Positions 40,441 to 51,242 are shown, counted from the stretch's first letter. The stretch: DNA of 64,000 nucleotides from a bacterium (GCA_963675755.2 CAXXMD010000003.1:2816001-2880000); one strand, 5' to 3'. Notes: generated by a model not told the origin, from the letters alone. Made by a program: numbers and translations.

Positions 40441-43400
40441 ACATTTCCCGGTTTTCTATAGAGAACCATCATTTTACGCTCATGGTGGTTTTGCTGTTGA
40501 TGCTGTATGGTATCTTTGCGGTAGTTGATATGCCAAAATCCGAGAATCCTGCTATTGAACCTCCGGGAGCATCGATAATCGCGCTTTATCCCGGTGCTAC
40601 TCCTCAGGATATGGAAGAGCAGGTGACCTCTATAATTGAAGAAGAGGTGAACAGTATATCTGATGTTGCAGAAATTTATTCGATAAGCGGTAATAGTTAT
40701 TGCAATATTACGGTAGAATTTGATTTTGGTGTAGATATTGATGAAAAGTATTCGCTGCTTGTTGAAAAGGTCAATCGGGCTAAAAATGATCTTCCTGATG
40801 ATATAAGCAGTCTGGATGTAGTTAAATGGGATATTAATGCGGTTAATATTTTAGAACTGGCTCTGGTTTCAGAAACAGCAGAATATGTGGACATGGAGAC
40901 CGAGCTTGAAAAGTTAAAAGATGTTATTGAAAAAATCGAGGGTATTCGCGGTGCCGAGATTGTAGCTTATCCTGAACAACAGGTACGTGTTTCATTGAAT
41001 CTGGAAAAAATGGCGCAAATGCATATTCCTGTTGATCGGGTGATTGGGGTGATTCAATCGGCCAATGCCAATATACCTGGCGGCAAGATTGACATAGGCG
41101 GCAAGAATTTTAATATCAATACTAGCGGTTCTTATGAAACATTGGATGATATTCGAAATACAACCATTCCCATGGGTAACGGATCAATTATTTATTTAAA
41201 AGATATTGCAACGGTCCAATATGATTATGAAGACCTGGAGCATTATGCCCGGTTTAATGGAAAACGGGCTGTTTTACTAGCGGCGAATCAGAAAAATGGT
41301 ACCAATCTTTTTCAAATTATTGATGAAATTAAAGCGGCTGTTGCTGATTTTAATAAAGATCTGCCGGATAATATGCACGTTGCTTTTGTTTATAACCAGT
41401 CTGAAAGTGTGGGCGATTTTGTTGTAGAGTTTTTGATCAATCTGCTTGAGGGGATTTTACTGGTAGGTATTGTAGCCTGGCTGGGGATTGGAACACGTCC
41501 TGCTTTGTTGGTAATATTTACTATACCCGCATCTATTGCCATTGCATTGGGATTTTTAAAACTGAGCGATTATGGTATACAGCAAATGACTATTGCCGGC
41601 TTGGTTATTGTGCTGGGTATTCTTGTAGATAATGCTATTGTTGTTACAGAAAATGTTAACCGCTTTTTACGTATGGGCAAAGACCTTAAAGAAGCATCTG
41701 TACGTGGAGCAACGCAGATTTCCGGTTCCATAACCAGTGGTACAATAACAACCTGTCTGGCATTTATGCCCATATTGTTGATGAGTGATGTTGCCGGTCA
41801 ATACGTGCGCAGTATGCCGCTAACGGTTATTTTTACTTTGCTTGCGTCTCTGTTTCTGGCCCTTACTTTTACTCCGTATTTGACCAGTCGATATCTGTCT
41901 GTCAAGTCTGCATCAAATACAAGTTTAATGCAAAAAACATTGCAGAATTTTATAGAAACCCATTACCGCAGGGTTTTGAAATTCGCATTGAAACGTCCTA
42001 AAACTGTGCTCTTGCTCAGTATTCTGATATTTTTAATCAGTGTGGGACTGGTGCCTTTTGTAGGGGTAAGTATGTTTCCCAAATCGAACAAGCCCATGTT
42101 TTATATCAATGTCTCTACACCGGAGGGAACCAATCTGCAGGTTACGGACCATGTTGTAACCCAGGTAGAAGAGTTGCTTGATGAAAAAGGGTTTGTAAGA
42201 CATTTTGTTGCCAATATTGGCGGTGATAATCCTCGTATATATTATAATGTTATACCAAAGCAGAACCATGCCAATATTGGGCAGGTATTTGTTGAAGTGT
42301 ACCCGGATTATTCGCGGCAGGTGGGCGAGATTGTGAGCGGGATGCGGGAAGAGTTGAAAGAAATTCCCGGCGCTAAATTTGAGGTCAAGCAGTTGGAACA
42401 AGGTTACCCCAATGACGCGCCTATTGCAATCAAGGTTGTAGGTAAAGATATGGATATCATTAAAGACTTGTCAGCGCAGGTAGAATCTGTTTTTCGCAAC
42501 ACCACAGGTGTAATAGAGATTGATGATCCTTTGGGTAATGAGAAAACAGATTTAAAAATTGATATCAATCGGGAAAAGTGCGCCATGCTGGGATTGACCC
42601 TGGCAGAGGTGGACAGAGCCATACGTATTGCATTGTCCGGTTATGATGTGTCTACATTCAGGAACCGGGATGGAGACCAGTTTGATATTATTGTACGGTT
42701 ACCTGTGCACGAATCCCCAAGGATTTCTGATTTTGAGCGGATTTATTTGACAACACCGGCGGGCTCGCAGGTCCCCTTGAAACAGGTAGCGAGTATTGGA
42801 TTTGAATCCAGTCCGCTAAATATTTATCGATATCAACTCGAGCGGAGTAATACCGTGACCGGAGATGCTGCTCCCGCTTATTCTGTTGATCAACTGACTG
42901 GTGAGATTATTGAAAAGCTGGATAATATGGACTGGCCTGCCGGATATGGTTACCATGTCAGTGGTGAAAAAGAAAGCCAGGGTAAGGCGTTTGGTGGATT
43001 GGGTAACAATTTTATCATTGCAATTATAGGTATCTTTTCCGTACTTGTGTTCCAATTCCGTTCGTTTCGCCAACCGTTTATTATCTTTTCATCCATACCG
43101 CTGGCAATTATTGGATCTATTTTGGCGCTGCTGATTACAGGCAATACTTTTTCTTTTACGGCCATGATTGGACTGACGAGTCTGGCCGGAATTGTGATCA
43201 ATAACGCAATCATTCTGGTGGATTATGCCAATGAGTTGCGTAATGAAGGAAAGGATTTGGACACGGCTGTGAGCATATCCGGTGAAACAAGGTTTACTCC
43301 AATCATCTTGACCGTTGCGACTACTATTGGTGGATTGTTGCCATTGACCTTGTTTGGTGGATTAATGTGGGCGCCTATGGGATGGGCCATTATCGGCGGA

Positions 43401-43484
43401 TTGATGACATCCACCTTTTTAACACTGGTGGTTGTACCGGTCTTGTACAAGGTGTTTACGCCGTCCATACCAGTAACTGAATAA
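40437..43484 (+). CDS. AcrB/AcrD/AcrF-family RND permease
   Basis: YPGATP..MEEQV, GILVDNAIVVTEN, GIVINNAIILVD, RFTPIILT; 1015 aa. Confidence 0.96.
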   Translation: MNISRFSIENHHFTLMVVLLLMLYGIFAVVDMPKSENPAIEPPGASIIALYPGATPQDMEEQVTSIIEEEVNSISDVAEIYSISGNSYCNITVEFDFGVDIDEKYSLLVEKVNRAKNDLPDDISSLDVVKWDINAVNILELALVSETAEYVDMETELEKLKDVIEKIEGIRGAEIVAYPEQQVRVSLNLEKMAQMHIPVDRVIGVIQSANANIPGGKIDIGGKNFNINTSGSYETLDDIRNTTIPMGNGSIIYLKDIATVQYDYEDLEHYARFNGKRAVLLAANQKNGTNLFQIIDEIKAAVADFNKDLPDNMHVAFVYNQSESVGDFVVEFLINLLEGILLVGIVAWLGIGTRPALLVIFTIPASIAIALGFLKLSDYGIQQMTIAGLVIVLGILVDNAIVVTENVNRFLRMGKDLKEASVRGATQISGSITSGTITTCLAFMPILLMSDVAGQYVRSMPLTVIFTLLASLFLALTFTPYLTSRYLSVKSASNTSLMQKTLQNFIETHYRRVLKFALKRPKTVLLLSILIFLISVGLVPFVGVSMFPKSNKPMFYINVSTPEGTNLQVTDHVVTQVEELLDEKGFVRHFVANIGGDNPRIYYNVIPKQNHANIGQVFVEVYPDYSRQVGEIVSGMREELKEIPGAKFEVKQLEQGYPNDAPIAIKVVGKDMDIIKDLSAQVESVFRNTTGVIEIDDPLGNEKTDLKIDINREKCAMLGLTLAEVDRAIRIALSGYDVSTFRNRDGDQFDIIVRLPVHESPRISDFERIYLTTPAGSQVPLKQVASIGFESSPLNIYRYQLERSNTVTGDAAPAYSVDQLTGEIIEKLDNMDWPAGYGYHVSGEKESQGKAFGGLGNNFIIAIIGIFSVLVFQFRSFRQPFIIFSSIPLAIIGSILALLITGNTFSFTAMIGLTSLAGIVINNAIILVDYANELRNEGKDLDTAVSISGETRFTPIILTVATTIGGLLPLTLFGGLMWAPMGWAIIGGLMTSTFLTLVVVPVLYKVFTPSIPVTE

Positions 43485-43485
43485 T

Positions 43486-43522
43486 AAAAAAAGCATGCAG
43501 TATTTAACTGCATGCTTTTTTT
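43486..43522. terminator. Bidirectional intrinsic terminator
   Basis: A7-GCATGCAGT-ATTTA-ACTGCATGC-T7 between convergent genes. Confidence 0.9.
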
Positions 43523-43551
43523 ATATATTAATTCCAGTTGTAATGAATTGT

Positions 43552-44169
43552 TCAAGCATTGCTTGCTTGCGCGGCAAGACCTTTGATGAGTACAAATCGT
43601 GTTAGATAGTATTGGCAGATAACTAGCCCCACTGTACCAAAAATGATTGTGATAAGTACCGTTGCATTTGTGATTTGAAAATCCAGTTGCAACATGTTTC
43701 TCAACTCTTCTCCAATATTTTCATGCAAGAGTGCAATTACCGCAGTCATCACGCAAAACAAGAGTGTAACCAGGGCTGTAAAGGCTGAAATTTTAATAAT
43801 CATAAACGCATATTTTTGTAAAGAAACCTTGTTAACGCGCATACGTCTGCTGTAATAGTACCCTGCAAGCACACCCATTAACAGGTTAACAATGGGCAAA
43901 CCCATAAAAAATCCATAGATATTGATACTGTAAAACATGTAAAACGCAACAAGCAGCCAGATGGGCAAAGTATATATTTTCCGGATCAACTTTTTTAGTA
44001 ACAACAGATTGAGTATTATACCCAATATAATGCCAGAAACCAGATAATAGATTACAATGGATTCGTTGCGATTGGTATAAAACCAGATCAAAAATGAACT
44101 CATTGCCAATAATAATGGAAATGAACTTCCCATTATAAAACCGAAAATAATCTTGTCGAATCGCTTCAT
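43552..44169 (-). CDS. Hypothetical polytopic membrane protein
   Basis: 205 aa with about 6 hydrophobic helices. Confidence 0.75.
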   Translation of the reverse strand: MKRFDKIIFGFIMGSSFPLLLAMSSFLIWFYTNRNESIVIYYLVSGIILGIILNLLLLKKLIRKIYTLPIWLLVAFYMFYSINIYGFFMGLPIVNLLMGVLAGYYYSRRMRVNKVSLQKYAFMIIKISAFTALVTLLFCVMTAVIALLHENIGEELRNMLQLDFQITNATVLITIIFGTVGLVICQYYLTRFVLIKGLAAQASNA

Positions 44170-44406
44170 AGTTTTACTGCTAATTTAGATGAGATATTTT
44201 AATACTTTATTCAAAGATCCATTTTGAGAGATTTTTTATAATCCTTGCTAAATAGATCTTTGGTGGCAACAACCCCGATTGTTATACGACAAAAGAAAAC
44301 ATCTAAACATCTGGGATTTTAATATAAAGATTCAACGAGTCTATTGCAATAAAAATTATTTGGGGTGAGGGGAGAGGCGATGCACTCCGGTTGGAGAATA
44401 TTTTTT

Positions 44407-46092
44407 TTATTTCCTCCCCATCAACGGATTTAGAATAACCGCTATGCCTACCAGTACTACACATCCGATAACGTTGAACCACAGATAAGGGATTTCGGTG
44501 AACTGGTAGCTTGCCAGCACAACGCCTTCCGCAATGATTGCTGCGATGAATGTTGCCGAAGACCCGATACGTTTGAAATAAAACGCTACCAGAAAAATAC
44601 CCAGTATGGTGCCGTAAAAGAGCGAACCGAGAATGTTCACCGCCTCGATCAATGAGCCCAACCGATTTGCAACGAGCGCAAAAAAGATAGCAATGAGACC
44701 CCAGAACAGGGTGGCAACTTTGGATGCAATGAGATAATGTTTTTCAGATGCCTGCTTTTTTAACATGCGTTTGTAAATATCCACAACCGAGGTTGAGGCA
44801 AGGGCGTTCAACTCGGCTGAAGTGGAGGACATGGATGCCGACAGGATCGCCGCCAGGATCAGGCCTACCAGACCGACGGGCAGAAAATTGATCACAAAGC
44901 TTAAAAAGATATAGTTGGTATCGTTTATGTCTGCATCAGGGTTAGCCTGTGCGATAACGGATTTGGCGTTTTCGCGGATTCCAAGTTCAGACTGGCGCAT
45001 TTTCATCAGCTCTTGTCTGCTCGATTCCAGTTGCGCGGGATTATCGCCATGCAGGGCATCGAGCATGTTGCGGATTCCCTGTTGTTTTTCAGTGTGGACT
45101 GTTTGGAAATCCTGCTCTAGCTGATTATATTGTTCGGCATAAGGACTGCTCTTGACCTCATCGGTAACAACCGGATTAAATACCAGCGGTGGCATGGTAA
45201 ACTGGTAAAAGACAAAAATCATAGCGCCAATAAACAGAATAGAGAATTGCATGGGGATCTTGACCATACCGTTTGCCAGTAGTCCCATTCGGCTGGAAGC
45301 AACGGATTTTCCGGAAAGGTAGCGCTGTACCTGGGACTGGTCCGTACCAAAGTACGAGAGCGCCAAAAAGGTGCCGCCAATCAATCCGGACCAGATGTTA
45401 TATCGATCCCGCCAGTCAAAGTCGAAAGTTATAGCATTGAGCTTGCCCATTTTACCGGCTACGTGTGCGGCATCCAGAAAAGAAATATCCGGGGGTAGCA
45501 GGCGAAAGATCATGATAAACGCGGAAAGCATGCCCGTGGTAATAATGAGCATTTGAAGCAGATGGGTCTTGTTGACCGCGTCGGTCCCACCTGATGTAGT
45601 ATAGAGTATCACCACTCCGCCTATCATAAATATAGTCATGCGTATGTCCCAGCCCAGCAATACGGAAAGAATCAGTGCCGGTGCAAAAATGGTAAATCCG
45701 GCTGCAAGTCCGCGCTGGATGAGAAAAAGAATGGCACCTAATGCCCGGATTTTGAGATCAAAACGTTGTTCCAGGTATTCATAGGCTGTATAAACATTGA
45801 GTCTGTGAAAAATTGGTACGGCTGTAACGGACAAAATAATCATGGCAATGGGAAGTCCCAGGTAAAACTGCACAAAACGCATTCCGTCAACAAATGCTTG
45901 TCCCGGTGTAGAGAGAAAGGTGATTGCACTGGCCTGGGTTGCCATAATAGAGAGGGTAACCGTATACCAGGGGGTAGAACGGTTTGCCAGCAGATACTCT
46001 TGAATATTTTTTTTGCCGCGTGTTTTCCAGATTCCGTAACCGGCAACAAATACTAAAAAAGAAAAAAGGACGATCCAGTCTATTTGGGTCAT
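44407..46092 (-). CDS. Sodium:solute symporter
   Basis: SIMATQASAITFLS.PG, TAYEYLEQRFD, GTDQSQVQRYL, ASMSSTSAELNAL. Confidence 0.95.
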   Translation of the reverse strand: MTQIDWIVLFSFLVFVAGYGIWKTRGKKNIQEYLLANRSTPWYTVTLSIMATQASAITFLSTPGQAFVDGMRFVQFYLGLPIAMIILSVTAVPIFHRLNVYTAYEYLEQRFDLKIRALGAILFLIQRGLAAGFTIFAPALILSVLLGWDIRMTIFMIGGVVILYTTSGGTDAVNKTHLLQMLIITTGMLSAFIMIFRLLPPDISFLDAAHVAGKMGKLNAITFDFDWRDRYNIWSGLIGGTFLALSYFGTDQSQVQRYLSGKSVASSRMGLLANGMVKIPMQFSILFIGAMIFVFYQFTMPPLVFNPVVTDEVKSSPYAEQYNQLEQDFQTVHTEKQQGIRNMLDALHGDNPAQLESSRQELMKMRQSELGIRENAKSVIAQANPDADINDTNYIFLSFVINFLPVGLVGLILAAILSASMSSTSAELNALASTSVVDIYKRMLKKQASEKHYLIASKVATLFWGLIAIFFALVANRLGSLIEAVNILGSLFYGTILGIFLVAFYFKRIGSSATFIAAIIAEGVVLASYQFTEIPYLWFNVIGCVVLVGIAVILNPLMGRK

Positions 46093-46101
46093 AGTTTAAC
46101 C

Positions 46102-46227
46102 TTAATTGAAATAAATTGTAAACAGGTAATATAAAATGATCAATGCCACCAGGTGCAAAAACACAAATGTATAAAGCTGCTTCCATGATTTTAAAACCGG
46201 TGGTTTTTCTTGTACGTTTTTATTCAT
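46102..46227 (-). CDS. 41-aa single-TM protein preceding the symporter
   Basis: Below the ORF-track cutoff. GGAG RBS, MNKNVQEKPPVLKSWKQLYTFVFLHLVALIILYYLFTIYFN. Overlaps the PIG-L stop and ends 9 bp before the SSS start. Confidence 0.75.
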   Translation of the reverse strand: MNKNVQEKPPVLKSWKQLYTFVFLHLVALIILYYLFTIYFN

Positions 46228-48694
46228 GAGATGCTCCTGCGGATAACAGGTTCACAAACAAACGGTATGCACCGGGTACTCCTGCGGGGAGCTGCCGGAA
46301 CCATGAATATCCTGTGTAAATGAAAACTCCTTTGCCATAGCGGGTATATAGTAATCCGCCATTTCTTTCCGGTTCACCCGGATCGTGACTGGATAGAACG
46401 GCTTGATAGCGATCATCCCATTCCGAGCAGAAATAGAGTCCCCGTTCCTGTACCCAATTCTCAAAATCCTTTTGTGTGATCTTGTTGGGATCGTTCAACA
46501 GAGGATGGTTGGGATCAAGCAGTGTAATAGCAGCGGTTTCATCGCTGACGCGGTCACGGCTGATAGTAAAGGGATAGGGACCAATCACTTCTGTCTGCAA
46601 TCCCCGGTTGACATTATACTGCACCAAAAGGGTGCCTCCATTTTGCACATATTGCATCAGTTTAGGCTGGATATATTTTAAACGTTCTTCAGTGTTCCAG
46701 GCCCGAACCCCGGTTATAATGGCATCATATTCGGCAAGAGAGCCGTTTTCCAGCATCCCGTTGCTTAATACCTCAATGGAATAACCCAGTTGAGTCAGGG
46801 CCTCGGGGATCTCGTCTCCAGATCCCATTATATAGCCAATGCGCTCACCGATTCTTTGGATGTCAAGATTAACGACTTTGACCGAGCTCTCGGGAAACAA
46901 CACCAACTCGTCGATATGGGGATGAGAGATTTCGACCAGGGATTTGGAATAGTTTTGTCCATTGATTTCAGCTATAGCGGTTAGCGTTGCTTCATCAGCA
47001 TCAGCGGGGGGAGTGATTTCGAACATTATCGTTTTTTCATCGTGCTTGTTTGCAAGTGAAAATGGCACCTTTGCGGGAGTGATCTTCCAATTTTGGGGAG
47101 CATTGATGCGGAGTATGCCGGCCTGGTTGTCTGCACTACTTTTGAGTTTTACCGGTATGGTTTTGGACCCATTCGAGAACATGAGTACTCGGGTGTCGAA
47201 ATTAACCGTTACCGGGGGTCTGATCTCCAAAGGACGATACAACTCGCCAATGGCGCGGTCGGTCCAGCGATAGTGAACCGGCAGCGTGTATACCAGTTCC
47301 TGTCCGTTTGCTTTCAGGGTTATAGAGACAGTCAGCGCTGGCGGATTTTCCGCAAGGCCAATCTCTTGCTGGTCTGGAACAACAAATGCCCCGAATTCGG
47401 CTGGCTCTCTCAGCCAGTAGGGTTGAGAGATGGAAAAGTCCTTTGGCAGTTGAACGGAATGGGTTTGATTTTCTGTTTGATTGTTTTTCAATTGAACGGA
47501 AAATAGTTTTTTATAGCTGGCTGCCTGAATGCTGATATCCTCGAGCGTAAAAGGGAAATCGCATCGGTTGACCAATGTTGTTTGCAGGGACAATGGACTG
47601 CCCGGAGCGGCATCATAATCCTGTGCAATGGCTTCCATCCAGAGTCCGGCGCAGCCTTGAATAACGGATTTCAGCTCCTGTAATTTAAGGCTCGTCCAGT
47701 CATTCTGAGGCAGCGAATTCATTTCGGCATAAAGGTTGATCAGCGCCGGCAGAGATTTTTCCGGTTGCCGGGGATCGAAAGCTGCATTGATCTCTTTAAG
47801 CATGGCACCAATCTTTTTACCGCCCGGGATCCGGCCCCAGGAGGTGTCAATGTTTTCCATAATATCTGTTGCTGCGGATTCACCAGCCAGCAGGTCAAAA
47901 TATTCAAAACTCTCGCCACGTCTACCCGCGGCACCAAAACCCTGGCTTTTGTGCATGGATCGGCTTTCTGCGGCAATTTCTGTGTAGGATTTTCCCAACA
48001 AGGGATTAAATACGCCAATATCAATTCCCAACAGGGTTTGTGCCTGCTGCTGATTGGGACGCCAACTGTTCCAGAACATCCGTTTGGGCTGCCAGGTATC
48101 CACATATTTTAACTGTTCCGGAAAACGACTGGCATCACCGGCAGCTTTGAACGCATCCATAGCCAGTAACGCGGAAGCGGTGTGATGACCATGACCGCTG
48201 TAGCCATCCGGGGTAAAACGGGTAATGATAATATCGGGTTTGAATTTACGGATGACCCAAACCACATCCGCTAAAATTTTTTCACGTCCCCAAAACTCGA
48301 ATGTCTCTTCCGCAGTTTTAGAGTACCCAAAATCCACAGCGCGGGTAAAGTACTGTTCAGCACCATCAATTTGCCGGGCTTCCAGCAGCTCGTGAGTACG
48401 GATGAGCCCAATCTCGCTGCCTTTTTCAGGACCGATGAGGTTTTGTCCGCCATCTCCGCGGGTAAGCGAAAGATAAGCTGAGCGGTATTTTCTACCTTTG
48501 GAGAGGTAGGCAAGCAGTCCGGTGTTTTCATCATCCGGGTGGGCGGCAAGATAGAGCACACTGCCCAGTACATTTAGTTTTTGCAGCGCGATTTGTAAAT
48601 CCGCTGAAGTTTGGGTATGTACCGGTTCAACTTTTGAAAACAAACAAGTGGATAATGTCAGAACCAGCAAAATAGTTGATATAGATTTTTTCAT
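46220..48694 (-). CDS. Exported PIG-L/LmbE-family deacetylase, multidomain
   Basis: Signal peptide, AAHPDDE, TRGDGGQN, HGHH, RSMHKSQGFG, C-terminal GATase-like domain (GYIMGSGDEIP). Confidence 0.92.
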   Translation of the reverse strand: MKKSISTILLVLTLSTCLFSKVEPVHTQTSADLQIALQKLNVLGSVLYLAAHPDDENTGLLAYLSKGRKYRSAYLSLTRGDGGQNLIGPEKGSEIGLIRTHELLEARQIDGAEQYFTRAVDFGYSKTAEETFEFWGREKILADVVWVIRKFKPDIIITRFTPDGYSGHGHHTASALLAMDAFKAAGDASRFPEQLKYVDTWQPKRMFWNSWRPNQQQAQTLLGIDIGVFNPLLGKSYTEIAAESRSMHKSQGFGAAGRRGESFEYFDLLAGESAATDIMENIDTSWGRIPGGKKIGAMLKEINAAFDPRQPEKSLPALINLYAEMNSLPQNDWTSLKLQELKSVIQGCAGLWMEAIAQDYDAAPGSPLSLQTTLVNRCDFPFTLEDISIQAASYKKLFSVQLKNNQTENQTHSVQLPKDFSISQPYWLREPAEFGAFVVPDQQEIGLAENPPALTVSITLKANGQELVYTLPVHYRWTDRAIGELYRPLEIRPPVTVNFDTRVLMFSNGSKTIPVKLKSSADNQAGILRINAPQNWKITPAKVPFSLANKHDEKTIMFEITPPADADEATLTAIAEINGQNYSKSLVEISHPHIDELVLFPESSVKVVNLDIQRIGERIGYIMGSGDEIPEALTQLGYSIEVLSNGMLENGSLAEYDAIITGVRAWNTEERLKYIQPKLMQYVQNGGTLLVQYNVNRGLQTEVIGPYPFTISRDRVSDETAAITLLDPNHPLLNDPNKITQKDFENWVQERGLYFCSEWDDRYQAVLSSHDPGEPERNGGLLYTRYGKGVFIYTGYSWFRQLPAGVPGAYRLFVNLLSAGASHE

Positions 48695-48917
48695 ACGTTT
48701 TCTTTTCCGGAAGATAGATTGCAATTCGTTTGATATTCAATGAATATTTATGATATATAATAAAATAATGGGAGTAATTATTTCAATAAAATGATAGTGT
48801 TGTTCAGGAAAAAAGTATATTAAAATCTCATCTTTTTTTAATTCTGATTAAACGATTTTCTTATATTGCAGTATTACTAATAAACAATGAACAATAATAT
48901 ATAAAGAGCCGGGGATT

Positions 48918-49496
48918 GTGGGAAAAAAGCAATACGCCGAGATAGAAACAGATATTCTTGTAAAAGCTCAAGCGGGTGATGTTGACGCGTTCAGGATTAT
49001 TTATGATTTTTATTTTGAACGGGTGAATCATGTTGTCATGCGAATGATAGGAGAACACTGGCGAAAAGACGCGGTACAGGAGGTGTTTATTCGTGTTTTC
49101 AAATCCATGCATCAGTTTAATACGCAAAAAAAGTTTTTTACCTGGTTGTATAAAATAACAATGAATGTCTGTTTTGATTATTTAAAAAAGAACCGGCACA
49201 TCTCTAATAATGACACCCTAGAGTCAGAAAATTTAGATGAGATAGCGTCTTGTTCAATTGGTAATCAGGTTTTTTATCAGGATGATGAATTGTTTGGAAT
49301 TGTGAATGAATTGATGAAAAGGCTGGGACCCAATCAAAGAGCGGTATTTATGATGCGAGATATTGAAGGATTTGAGATTAGTGAAATTTCTCAGATTATG
49401 AAATGCACAAAATCTACTGTGCGAGCGCAGCTTCATTTTGCCCGAAAAGCTGTACGGAATTGGCTGCTTGAAGAATATCCCGAATACAAAAGGTGA
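48918..49496 (+). CDS. ECF sigma factor
   Basis: DAVQEVFIRVFK, FFTWLYKITMN, EISEISQIM..TKSTVRAQLHFARK. GTG start. Confidence 0.93.
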   Translation: MGKKQYAEIETDILVKAQAGDVDAFRIIYDFYFERVNHVVMRMIGEHWRKDAVQEVFIRVFKSMHQFNTQKKFFTWLYKITMNVCFDYLKKNRHISNNDTLESENLDEIASCSIGNQVFYQDDELFGIVNELMKRLGPNQRAVFMMRDIEGFEISEISQIMKCTKSTVRAQLHFARKAVRNWLLEEYPEYKR

Positions 49497-50029
49497 TGAA
49501 TATGGATTGTAATCATATAAAAGATAAATTGTATCTCTATATCAGCAATGATCTGCCTAAAAGAGAGAACAAGGCAGTTCAGCAACATTTGCGCATATGC
49601 GAGACATGCAGGTTAGAACTGAACGATATCAGAGATACTATAACAGAAATTGCTGCATTAGACAGACCGGTTGTATTGGATGATGAAAAAGAACAGGTCT
49701 GGAACAACATGTTACCGGAACTTAATTTAGTTAAATCCCCGGTAAAGAGACAATACAATCCATTTTTAATGAACCGGAAACGTGTACCGGTTTATGGCTG
49801 GCTTGCGGTAGCAATGCTGTTAGTGATCATTGCAATCGTATCAGAACAGGGCAGAGAAGGGAATGATACAGCTTTACAAATACCAGCCCTAACGGAAAAT
49901 GATGTTGTGCATGCTGAAAATGAGGTTACGGTAGTCAATTTTCAGACCAGTGATCCGAAAATCCGGATTGTCTGGTTTTTTGACAGTGATTTTTCACTGG
50001 ACGCAGAAGCTTTGAAAACATTGAAATAA
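49493..50029 (+). CDS. Zinc-binding (zf-HC2/ZAS) membrane anti-sigma factor
   Basis: HLRICETC (HxxxCxxC), one TM, overlaps the sigma stop. Confidence 0.85.
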   Translation: MMNMDCNHIKDKLYLYISNDLPKRENKAVQQHLRICETCRLELNDIRDTITEIAALDRPVVLDDEKEQVWNNMLPELNLVKSPVKRQYNPFLMNRKRVPVYGWLAVAMLLVIIAIVSEQGREGNDTALQIPALTENDVVHAENEVTVVNFQTSDPKIRIVWFFDSDFSLDAEALKTLK

Positions 50030-50050
50030 CGATTATAAAGGAGCTCGATC

Positions 50051-51226
50051 ATGAGATACAGGTTAATTACAACGGTATTGCTGGTGTTGTTGTCAGGTTG
50101 TATGGTATTTGCCGAGGGAACTGGTCGGTTGAGTGGTAAAATTGTCAAGATTGATGATGGTAAACCTGTACCTTTTGTGAATATCAATTTAATCGGGACT
50201 AGTTTTACTGTACAATCTGATGTGGATGGTAATTACATGATTGAAAATATTCCAGAGGGAAAGTACAATTGTGTAGCAAAAAGTGCTCTGCTTGGAGGCG
50301 GAACACATTTTCAGGTTGAAATTAAAAAGAATAAAATCAAAAATAAAAATGTTGTTTTAAATTTTCCAATAGATACAAATCCGGTCAAGGTCAAAGGAAA
50401 GGTGATTGACCACAAAACACAATTGGGAATCAAGGATGCCAAAATTATAATAGAGAATTCGGACCAGGGCGTTGTAACGGATGAGAACGGCTATTTTGAA
50501 TTTCCACCTGTGCTGTCAAAAATATATACATTCAAGATAGCGGCAGACGGTTATGAAACTGAATTTGCACATGATATAGTTCTGGGACCGGAAGCAATAA
50601 AGGAAATGGACTTTTATTTAAAACCGCAGCCGGTCCTGATCAGCAATACTTTTGTATTGAAACATAAAACCATACACAATCTCTATCAAAATTTTGAAGT
50701 GCTAATGGATGAGGGAATGGTCTTTTCACGCCAAAGTGATTACCGTTTTACTGTAAAATGCACAAAAGAGAATATGAAAAAGATCGCAAAATTGGTAGAG
50801 CAATACGATGTACCGCTAAAACAAGTCTGGATTGAAGTTCGGCTGGTACTGGCATCTATGGAAAAAAAGGCGGGTAGCACGCTTCCGCAGGAACTCAAGG
50901 CGGTAGAAGAACAGTTCAAATCCCTGTTTCGTTATCAGAATTACGAGATACTTGATGATGCAAAGGTTATGGTGGTTGAAGATAATGGTTGTTTTCTTAC
51001 AATTGGGGGCGGTAAATTTGCAGTAAATGTTTCCAAAGTTGAAATACATAATGATATTATCAATTTGAACAATTTTACACTTGAACAAACCGGTAATGAA
51101 GCGAAAACCATTTTATCGACTTTTGTAAATCTTCCAATCGGGGATACCGTGGTACTGGGCGCTTCCAATGTAGATAACAGCAAATACGCGCTTATTGTTA
51201 CAGTTAATGCAAATGCGGTTAAATAA
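50051..51226 (+). CDS. Exported protein with two carboxypeptidase-regulatory-like domains and a secretin-N-like C-terminal region
   Basis: G.LSGKIV...DVDGNY and VKGKVID...TDENGYF repeats, then FVLKH...IAKLVEQYDVPLKQVWIEVRLV. Confidence 0.7.
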   Translation: MRYRLITTVLLVLLSGCMVFAEGTGRLSGKIVKIDDGKPVPFVNINLIGTSFTVQSDVDGNYMIENIPEGKYNCVAKSALLGGGTHFQVEIKKNKIKNKNVVLNFPIDTNPVKVKGKVIDHKTQLGIKDAKIIIENSDQGVVTDENGYFEFPPVLSKIYTFKIAADGYETEFAHDIVLGPEAIKEMDFYLKPQPVLISNTFVLKHKTIHNLYQNFEVLMDEGMVFSRQSDYRFTVKCTKENMKKIAKLVEQYDVPLKQVWIEVRLVLASMEKKAGSTLPQELKAVEEQFKSLFRYQNYEILDDAKVMVVEDNGCFLTIGGGKFAVNVSKVEIHNDIINLNNFTLEQTGNEAKTILSTFVNLPIGDTVVLGASNVDNSKYALIVTVNANAVK

Positions 51227-51242
51227 TATCTATTCTTAATTT

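Noticed and set aside
45887-46186. 99-aa minus-strand ORF overlapping the SSS start
   Set aside because: Out of frame with the SSS gene. The 41-aa ORF 46227-46102 has an RBS and fits the gap.
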